Made by a program: the position numbers and the translations under genes. A DNA stretch of 64,000 nucleotides from a virus: positions 32,001 to 96,000 of the IMG/VR virus record IMGVR_UViG_3300033233_000014; one strand, given 5' to 3'. Under the pieces are notes generated by a model. That model did no database searches, had not been told where the DNA came from, and saw only the letters and a program-made list of their open reading frames with translations. This document shows positions 17,870 through 23,120 of the stretch, in pieces (positions within the stretch are counted from its first letter, which is position 1; the number at the start of each line of letters is the position of its first letter).

Positions 17870-17960
17870 CCGCCTCTCCCCCGACTGTTCTGCCGTTAAA
17901 CTACTCGCGCGTCTACTGCACAGGGGAGGATTCGAACCTCCATCTTTCTAAGGGGGACGG
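17870..17960 (-). ncRNA. Stand-alone circularly permuted tRNA-like RNA
   Basis: T arm GGAGG-TTCGAAT-CCTCC, then loop-closed acceptor stem, then D arm TAGTTTAACGGCAGAAC; closed by CCGTCCCCCT/GGGGG-AGA-GGCGG. Confidence 0.65.
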
Positions 17961-17964
17961 GATC

Positions 17965-18039
17965 TGGAGCGGGTAGTGGGTTTCGCACCCACGGCCTCCA
18001 CCTTGGCAAAGTGGCGCTCTACTACTGAGCTACACCCGC
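17965..18039 (-). tRNA. tRNA-Gly (GCC)
   Basis: CCACT-TTGCCAA-GGTGG, CCA. Confidence 0.9.
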
Positions 18040-18046
18040 GATCTTC

Positions 18047-18132
18047 TGGCGGAGGGGCGGGGACTCGAACCCCGGACGGCGTGAGCCGCGCTCGCCTTCC
18101 AAGCGAGTTCCTCGTCCGGCCGGACCCCCTCC
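18047..18132 (-). tRNA. tRNA-Ser (GGA)
   Basis: CTCGC-TTGGAAG-GCGAG, long variable arm, CCA. Confidence 0.9.
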
Positions 18133-18274
18133 ACTCGACCAGGGACCGGAGTTCCGATGAAAGGAAGCCTGCCTCGGCTGGTCGAACCCGAGGCTTGCCC
18201 AGGCGTCGCGCCTGATCGGATTGTCGGGCACTTCCGGCGCACCCGACGGCGGGCCGAAGGGAATGCCCGGCCGC

Positions 18275-18360
18275 TGGCGGAAGAGGAGGGAATCGAACCC
18301 CCACGGGAGTTACCCGGACGGTTTTCGGGACCGTTGCGCTAGCCGTTACGCCACTCTTCC
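18275..18360 (-). tRNA. tRNA-Ser (CGA), C33 variant
   Basis: ACGGT-CCCGAAA-ACCGT, long variable arm, CCA. Confidence 0.85.
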
Positions 18361-18364
18361 GAGG

Positions 18365-18440
18365 TGGTGGACCCGGCGGGAGTTGAACCCGCGATCTCCG
18401 GAATGCCATTCCGGCGTTCTTCCATCTGAACTACGAGCCC
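18365..18440 (-). tRNA. tRNA-Ala (GGC)
   Basis: CCGGA-ATGGCAT-TCCGG, G3.U70, CCA. Confidence 0.92.
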
Positions 18441-18516
18441 TGGTGGACCTGGCCGGACTCGAACCGGCGATCTCCGCGTTGCGAACGCGGCGCTCTTCCA
18501 ACTGAGCTACAAGCCC
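18441..18516 (-). tRNA. tRNA-Ala (CGC)
   Basis: CCGCG-TTCGCAA-CGCGG, G3.U70, CCA. Confidence 0.92.
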
Positions 18517-18519
18517 ATC

Positions 18520-18594
18520 TGGTGGACGCACCCGGCTTTGCTCCGGGCACCCGACCGTGCAAGGGTCGTGTGATGCTGACTTCACCATGCGCCC
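18520..18594 (-). tRNA. tRNA-Ala (TGC)
   Basis: CGACC-CTTGCAC-GGTCG, G3.U70, atypical T loop AGCAAAG. Confidence 0.82.
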
Positions 18595-18684
18595 AGCGGA
18601 TGCGTGCTACCGTTACACCACAAGACCCGTGCTCCCGAAGGAGTCGAACTTCTTGGCGGGAGTCGAACCCGCACTTCATCCTTG
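18595..18684 (-). ncRNA. Stand-alone circularly permuted tRNA-like RNA
   Basis: GGATG, T arm GCGGG-TTCGACT-CCCGC, acceptor CAAGA/TCTTG capped by a UUCG hairpin, D arm GTGT-AACGGTA-GCAC, CATCC. Confidence 0.7.
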
Positions 18685-18759
18685 TGGAGATCCCGGCAGG
18701 ACTTTCACCTGCGTCGTTCACCCTTTGCAGGGGTGCGCCTGATTCTCGGCCACGGGATC
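18685..18759 (-). tRNA. tRNA-Cys (GCA)
   Basis: CACCC-CTGCAAA-GGGTG, U73, CCA. Confidence 0.85.
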
Positions 18760-18763
18760 GTGC

Positions 18764-18837
18764 TGGCAGGAGCGCAGGGAGTTGAACCCTGGACCTCAGA
18801 TTTGGAGGCTGAGATGTTTCCGTTACACCACACTCCT
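18764..18837 (-). tRNA. tRNA-Trp (CCA)
   Basis: Anticodon loop CTCCAAA, G73, CCA. Confidence 0.88.
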
Positions 18838-18842
18838 TCTGC

Positions 18843-18918
18843 TGGCGACCTCGGCAGGACTCGAACCTGCAGCCTCCGGGGTAGAAACCCGGCGCCGTTC
18901 CTGTTCGGCTACGAGGCC
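18843..18918 (-). tRNA. tRNA-Arg (TCT)
   Basis: CCGGG-TTTCTAC-CCCGG, A20, CCA. Confidence 0.85.
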
Positions 18919-18921
18919 ATC

Positions 18922-19006
18922 TGGTCTTCGGGGGGAGAGTCGAACTCCCACGGGTTTCCCCACTAGGTTCTGAGCCTAGCGCGACTGCCAGTTCCGCCAC
19001 CCGAAG
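18922..19006 (-). tRNA. tRNA-Leu (CAG)
   Basis: CTAGG-CTCAGAA-CCTAG, long variable arm. Confidence 0.9.
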
Positions 19007-19010
19007 ATGC

Positions 19011-19085
19011 TGGTACGGGCACGGGGTATCGATCCCCGTTTCTCGCGCTGAAAACGCGATGTCTTAGCCAGTAGACGATGCCCGC
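19011..19085 (-). tRNA. tRNA-Glu (TTC)
   Basis: TCGCG-TTTTCAG-CGCGA, CCA. Confidence 0.88.
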
Positions 19086-19088
19086 ATC

Positions 19089-19171
19089 TGGTCCGCGCGG
19101 CAGGAGTCGAACCTGCACGCCGAAGCACCTGTTCTTGAGACAGGCGGGTCTGCCATTTCCCCCACGCGCGG
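19089..19171 (-). tRNA. tRNA-Leu (CAA)
   Basis: CCTGT-CTCAAGA-ACAGG, long variable arm. Confidence 0.9.
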
Positions 19172-19175
19172 ATGC

Positions 19176-19269
19176 TGGCGGAGAGGATGGGTGTCGAACC
19201 CACCGTCGCCGTTGAGGCGACCCTGGTTTAGCAAACCAGTCCAGCTAACCAACGATCTGGCTCCTCTCC
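19176..19269 (-). tRNA. tRNA-Ser (GCT)
   Basis: CTGGT-TTGCTAA-ACCAG, long variable arm. Confidence 0.88.
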
Positions 19270-19272
19270 ATC

Positions 19273-19358
19273 TGGTGCGCGAGAGAGGACTCGAACCTCC
19301 ATGCCTTTCGGCACAAGACCCTCAATCTTGCGTGTCTACCAAATTTCACCACTCGCGC
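19273..19358 (-). tRNA. tRNA-Leu (GAG)
   Basis: CAAGA-TTGAGGG-TCTTG, long variable arm. Confidence 0.92.
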
Positions 19359-19434
19359 TGGTCGGCCGAGGAGGGTTCGAACCTCCGACCTTCTGCGTGT
19401 AAGGCAGACGCGCTTCCGACTGTGCCACCGGCCG
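19359..19434 (-). tRNA. tRNA-Val (TAC)
   Basis: TCTGC-CTTACAC-GCAGA, CCA. Confidence 0.9.
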
Positions 19435-19442
19435 ATCTTCTC

Positions 19443-19516
19443 TGGCGGTGCGTACGGGAGTTGAACCCGTACTAGCAGATCGACAATCTGCCGTGCTGCC
19501 GCTACACCAACGCACC
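19443..19516 (-). tRNA. tRNA-Asp (GTC)
   Basis: GCAGA-TTGTCGA-TCTGC, G73, CCA. Confidence 0.9.
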
Positions 19517-19519
19517 CGC

Positions 19520-19594
19520 TGGTTGCCCCGCGAGGATTCGAACCTCAGATTTCCTGGTTCAGAGCCAGGCGTCCTACCGTTGGACGACAGGGCA
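19520..19594 (-). tRNA. tRNA-Gln (CTG)
   Basis: CCTGG-CTCTGAA-CCAGG, CCA. Confidence 0.9.
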
Positions 19595-19595
19595 G

Positions 19596-19668
19596 TTGGA
19601 GCGGCGGGAGTTGCACCCGCGTCTCGACTGTATAGGAGTCGCGCCTGAGACTACTCGGCCACGCTCCG
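19596..19668 (-). tRNA. tRNA-Ile (TAT), atypical: C33, C1.A72 mismatch, no encoded CCA
   Basis: CGACT-CCTATAC-AGTCG; adjacent to Ile(GAT). Confidence 0.7.
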
Positions 19669-19744
19669 TGGTCGTTCGGGAAGGAATCGAACCTTCCTGA
19701 CCTACCTTATCAGGGTAGTGCCTGAACCACTAGGCTACCGAACG
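19669..19744 (-). tRNA. tRNA-Ile (GAT)
   Basis: CTACC-CTGATAA-GGTAG, CCA. Confidence 0.9.
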
Positions 19745-19917
19745 AGAGCGACTCGGGCCGGCTTTGGCAGGCACTTGGGTAGCGCCGCACAGACCGGCGG
19801 GGTGAAACCCGGATCAGCGCCAGCAGAGCCGTACGGACGTGCCGCCGTTGATGCTGGACCACCACTCTACGATGAGGCTTCGGTCTGATGACCGCGCCTT
19901 CCCCTTCTCCGCGTCGC

Positions 19918-19994
19918 TGGTAGATCCGATAGGACTTGAACCTATGGCCTCCTGCGTGTGAAGCAGGCGCTCTGCGCAACTGAGCTACGGATCT
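19918..19994 (-). tRNA. tRNA-Val (CAC)
   Basis: CCTGC-TTCACAC-GCAGG, CCA. Confidence 0.88.
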
Positions 19995-20131
19995 ATCGGT
20001 GACGACGCAAAGGATGTCGTTGCCGTCCGCACCGGATCGATGAAGCCGGCGTGTCGCTAGGCACCGGAGCAGGCGCACTGTCCATCTCCGGCCGAGTCTC
20101 TGCCGAGGCATCGTCCTCGTTCGTCGTCACC

Positions 20132-20209
20132 TGGTCGGACTGGCCGGATTCGAACCGGCGGCCTCCTGAACCCCATTCAGGCGCGCTAGCCAGCCTGCGC
20201 TACAGCCCG
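20132..20209 (-). tRNA. tRNA-Pro (GGG)
   Basis: CCTGA-ATGGGGT-TCAGG, C1-G72, CCA. Confidence 0.92.
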
Positions 20210-20212
20210 AGC

Positions 20213-20282
20213 GAGAACGGCCCGACAAGGGACGCCGAGAGTTCAGTTTAGATGTACTCCCAGCAGCATCCGGATCGTTCCC
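20213..20282 (-). ncRNA. Y RNA copy 3 (minimal, stem only)
   Basis: CCGGATG-CT-GCTGGGAGTACA-short loop-CTCTCGGC-GTCC-CTTGTCGG. Confidence 0.7.
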
Positions 20283-20358
20283 TGGTCGCGCGGGTCGGGT
20301 TCGAACCGACACCCTTCGGCTCCCAAAGCCGACGCTCCACCGCTTGAGCTTCCGCACG
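20283..20358 (-). tRNA. tRNA-Pro (TGG)
   Basis: TCGGC-TTTGGGA-GCCGA, CCA. Confidence 0.9.
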
Positions 20359-20362
20359 CACA

Positions 20363-20480
20363 CGAGGCCCCGGACAAGAGAGTCGAGAGGAATGCCTTCC
20401 AGAGGTTGCCCTCTCAGGCGAGCCCTTGCGGGCTTCAAGATTTGAACTTGGTGTACTCCCAACAGCATCCCGATGCCTCG
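20363..20480 (-). ncRNA. Y RNA copy 4 (T-loop hairpin plus two GCAA hairpins)
   Basis: CGGGATG-CT-GTTGGGAGTACA...CTCTCGAC-TCT-CTTGTCCG with compensatory changes; CAAG-TTCAAAT-CTTG inside. Confidence 0.7.
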
Positions 20481-20481
20481 C

Positions 20482-20559
20482 TGGTCGGGCTAGCAGGATT
20501 TGAACCTGCGGTCTCTTGCTCCCGAAGCAAGCGCGTTGACCAGGCTACGCTACAGCCCG
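20482..20559 (-). tRNA. tRNA-Pro (CGG)
   Basis: CTTGC-TTCGGGA-GCAAG, CCA. Confidence 0.92.
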
Positions 20560-20562
20560 AAT

Positions 20563-20714
20563 GAAGACGACCGACAAGAGAGCCGAGAGAACCGGGTTGC
20601 CCCGGAATCCTGGCGCTCTACCGTTGAGCTACCGCACGATCTATTCGCGCGAGTGAGGAGTCGAACCTCACGACCTCCAGGGCCATGTACTCCCAGCGGC
20701 ATCCGGCCGCCTTC
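20563..20714 (-). ncRNA. Y RNA copy 5 (YrlA-like, full permuted tRNA domain plus GCAA hairpin)
   Basis: Shared stem; CCTGG...T arm...acceptor TCGCGCG-AATAGAT-CGTGCGG...D arm GCTC-AACGGTA-GAGC...CCAGG. Confidence 0.82.
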
Positions 20715-20789
20715 TGGTGTTCCGGGCAGGAGTCGCACCTGCAGCCGTCTCGTTAGGACCGAGTCGCGCTTCTGTTGCGCCACCGGAAC
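20715..20789 (-). tRNA. tRNA-Arg (CCT)
   Basis: CTCG-GTCCTAA-CGAG, CCA. Confidence 0.82.
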
Positions 20790-20794
20790 ATTGC

Positions 20795-20872
20795 TGGTTG
20801 CGCGGGCGAGACTTGAACTCGCAGCCTTCGGCTTCGGAGGCCGACGCTCTATCCAAGTTGAGCTACCGCACA
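20795..20872 (-). tRNA. tRNA-Arg (CCG)
   Basis: TCGGC-CTCCGAA-GCCGA, CCA. Confidence 0.9.
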
Positions 20873-20876
20873 GCAG

Positions 20877-21491
20877 TTACAGACCCGCGAGCATCGCGGG
20901 GGAAAAGACCGACTCAGACTTGACCTTCCGACGAACCACTCGGAAGCCCGCCTTGCGGGCCGCCCGATCCTTGCGGCAGTCGACTTCCCGCTGCCTCGGA
21001 TCCTTGTGGTACGACCCGTCGAACTCCACGATCACCTTCACGTCGAGAAGCGCGAGGTCGAAGACGAACGCCCCAATCTCGAACTCGAACTCGAACCGCC
21101 TTCCGGCCGCAACGAGCGTCTCCCGAAGCGCCGCGTACTTCCACTCCTCCCGGCGCTTGAGCGTCTCGGCCGGCGAGAAGAGGTTGTGTGCGTTCTCAAG
21201 CCCGGAGCGACGCGCAGCCTCGCGCCGCTCCTCGCTCACGCTCCCCTTGCTGGCACAAGCACGAGAGCAGAACCGCTTAGACCGACGGCGGGTGGACGTG
21301 CTGAACACGATTCCGCAGACCGGGCACGTCATCTCGAATGTCTTCGCCTTCTTCGGCGCGTTGCCCGCGACCGCTGTGCATGAGAGTCCGCAGAAGAACC
21401 GGCGGCCAAGCCTTCGGGCACGGTTGACTTCCCCGATCCGCTTCTCGACTTCCTTCCCACAGCGGGCGCACCGAACAATGGTAGTCGCCAC
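20877..21491 (-). CDS. DUF559/Vsr-like PD-(D/E)XK endonuclease with Zn-finger repeats (homing-type)
   Basis: Two CxxC...FCSxxC-type modules, then FDLALLDVKVIVEFDGSYH...KDRAARKAGFRVVR; GTG start at 21491. Confidence 0.78.
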   Translation of the reverse strand: MATTIVRCARCGKEVEKRIGEVNRARRLGRRFFCGLSCTAVAGNAPKKAKTFEMTCPVCGIVFSTSTRRRSKRFCSRACASKGSVSEERREAARRSGLENAHNLFSPAETLKRREEWKYAALRETLVAAGRRFEFEFEIGAFVFDLALLDVKVIVEFDGSYHKDPRQREVDCRKDRAARKAGFRVVRRKVKSESVFSPAMLAGL

Positions 21492-21543
21492 GCCCCCATC
21501 GTAGCCGCGATGTAGGCGTGGCGCAATACCCGATGTAGGCGAT

Positions 21544-21916
21544 TGGAGGCGGCGAGATTTGCACTCGCGTCTCAAAGACCTTCGCCCGAAGCCTCTACGC
21601 GCGTGTCCCTGCTTCTCGTCTTTCCTCGGGCGCAGGACAGCCCATCGTCAGGCGTCTCTTGCCAAGCACCCAGTCTTTCCTGGGTGTCAGACCCTGGTGC
21701 CTTCCCTGCGCCGGGCCGTGCGCAAGGCGGGGTTGCTCGAGGTCGGCTAGGCCGCGAGCCGCAGGCCCCGAGCCGCGTGAGCGGCCCGGAAGTCCACGGT
21801 GGTCACCTTGAGGTGACTGGCTGATGAATTGTGGTCCGCTTGTTGACGGGGCCTGCTGACCAACCCCGGCGCGCATCCCCGGACTCCGATCTCCGATCGA
21901 AAACTAGTTCGCCCCC
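21544..21916 (-). ncRNA. ssrA: tmRNA; tag peptide (A)ASHLKVTTVDFRAAHAARGLRLAA*
   Basis: 5' GGGGGCGAAC...TTCGA, pk1-like segment, tag ORF ending LAA-TAG at 21747, 3' T arm and CGCCTCCA with G3.U70. Confidence 0.9.
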
Positions 21917-21920
21917 ATGC

Positions 21921-21996
21921 TGGTACTCCCGAGGGGATTCGAACCCCACGTTTCCACCGTGAGAGGGTGGCGTCCTGCCGGCTAGACGACGGGAGC
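21921..21996 (-). tRNA. tRNA-Glu (CTC)
   Basis: CCACC-CTCTCAC-GGTGG, CCA. Confidence 0.92.
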
Positions 21997-22095
21997 ATTG
22001 CGGCGAGGCGGCGCCGCGCCGGAGAGGGCCACGAGAGTTGCACCCGCGCGCCAGCAAGCATGGCATGCCTGCTGGCGTCATCTCTGATCCTTCCC

Positions 22096-22137
22096 TGGTG
22101 GATCCGGTGGGACTCGAACCCACGCGAACCCGTGTTA
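22096..22137 (-). pseudogene. Orphan tRNA 3' half
   Basis: GTGGG-TTCGAGT-CCCAC-CGGATCC-ACCA with no matching 5' half (GGATCCG) seen in the array. Confidence 0.6.
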
Positions 22138-22213
22138 TGGTTGCCCGGGAGGGATTCGCACCCTCAGCCTCGTCCTTAAGAGGGACTTGCTCCGCTAGTT
22201 GAGCTACCGAGCA
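22138..22213 (-). tRNA. tRNA-Lys (CTT)
   Basis: GTCC-CTCTTAA-GGAC, CCA. Confidence 0.85.
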
Positions 22214-22225
22214 TCTGAAAGTCTC

Positions 22226-22301
22226 TGGCTCCACGGGTAGGGCTCGAACCTACATCATCCTGGGTAACAGCCAGGCGCTCAGCCAGTTGAGCTACCGTGG
22301 A
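22226..22301 (-). tRNA. tRNA-Asn (GTT)
   Basis: CCTGG-CTGTTAC-CCAGG, CCA. Confidence 0.9.
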
Positions 22302-22306
22302 CCGGA

Positions 22307-22381
22307 TGGTCACGCCGAGAGGAGTCGAACCTCTTTGGCAGGATCCGTAGTCCTGTGCCTGATCCGATCGGCCACGGCGTG
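22307..22381 (-). tRNA. tRNA-Arg (ACG)
   Basis: CAGGA-CTACGGA-TCCTG, CCA. Confidence 0.88.
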
Positions 22382-22488
22382 AATGCAGACGCGGTGTTCG
22401 CGCACCGCGCCCACTCGAACGTCTCGTCGAACTGTCAGAGAACCTCGGTCAAGTCGCGCCTCGGCGCTCGACCACGCACGAAACCTGG

Positions 22489-22517
22489 ATTCTACCACAT
22501 CAGCGAATCTTTGTCAA
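22489..22517 (-). promoter_or_regulatory. Sigma70-type promoter for the tRNA array
   Basis: TTGACA-17 bp-TAGAAT with extended TG. Confidence 0.75.
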
Positions 22518-22522
22518 GACGC

Positions 22523-22610
22523 TGGTGGGCCGTGGTGGAGTTGAACCACTTGCTCGCCGCTCCCCATATCAGAGCGACCGCTTTACAGGCGGCCGGGGAG
22601 AACACGTCCC
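22523..22610 (-). tRNA. tRNA-Tyr (GTA), D-arm-less with expanded variable arm
   Basis: GCCGC-CTGTAAA-GCGGT; only ~10 nt between acceptor and anticodon stems; CCA. Confidence 0.7.
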
Positions 22611-22683
22611 GGTGGGCCCGGAGGGAGTCGGACCCTCGCCTTCCGGTTAAAAGCCGGCTGCTCGGCCGCTGAGCTACGGACCC
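22611..22683 (-). tRNA. tRNA-Lys (TTT)
   Basis: CCGG-CTTTTAA-CCGG. Confidence 0.88.
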
Positions 22684-22753
22684 GCGTGGACTACGCGGCC
22701 CGTTTCGCCAGCGCGGCGCCGGCCCCGGTATAGCCCACCGCCGCGGCGCGCCC

Positions 22754-22828
22754 TGGTTGCCGCGGCTGGGGTCGAACCAGCAGCCCCCCGCATGTCAAAC
22801 GGGTGCTCTTCCGCTGAGCTACGCGACA
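22754..22828 (-). tRNA. tRNA-Val (GAC)
   Basis: CCCGT-TTGACAT-GCGGG, CCA. Confidence 0.88.
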
Positions 22829-22836
22829 CCCGATGC

Positions 22837-22911
22837 TGGTAGCGGGGGCGAGGATCGAACTCGCGAACTCCAGCTTATGAGGCTGGCATGATACCGCTTC
22901 ACCACCCCGCG
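22837..22911 (-). tRNA. tRNA-fMet-like (CAT)
   Basis: CCAGC-CTCATAA-GCTGG, CGCGGGG acceptor with C1.U72 mismatch. Confidence 0.85.
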
Positions 22912-23120
22912 ATAGGGACGTGCTCACGGCGCCGTGCAGGGGGTCGCCTTGCACGGGCGCCGTGGTCACGCCCACGGATCGACACGAACTGTCAAGGAAC
23001 GCCGAGAGACTACCCGGGCTCTCGTCGCCAGGTTGCTGCGCGGAATCTTCGTCTGGCATCGCAGGGAGTGTAACACCTGCGCCGGCCGGAAGGTTCACGA
23101 AACTGGACGAAAGTGCCCGC

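Noticed and set aside
18843-18918. Possible amber suppressor tRNA (CTA in the loop)
   Set aside because: The 5-bp stem CCGGG/CCCGG puts TCT at 34-36 and A20 supports Arg; TAG is used as a normal stop in many genes, so there is no sign of recoding.
19790-19900. Hammerhead ribozyme (CTGATGA and GAAAC on the plus strand)
   Set aside because: Core elements are on the non-transcribed strand and I could not form stems I-III around them.
14427-20714. Repeated GGGAGTACA/CTTGTCGG units as a CRISPR array or as theta (HDV-like) ribozymes
   Set aside because: No regular repeat-spacer period and no cas genes; the two motif halves pair with each other as a terminal stem and no HDV-type nested pseudoknot is evident. 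A Y-RNA interpretation fits the adjacent Ro60.
22096-22137. Prophage attachment site at the tRNA half
   Set aside because: No integrase or host-like genes in the window and phage-type genes continue on both sides; cannot be supported from this window.
16950-22950. ORFs listed across the tRNA array
   Set aside because: They overlap clear tRNA, tmRNA and Y genes and lack SD sites or motifs; only the endonuclease at 20877-21491 is credible.
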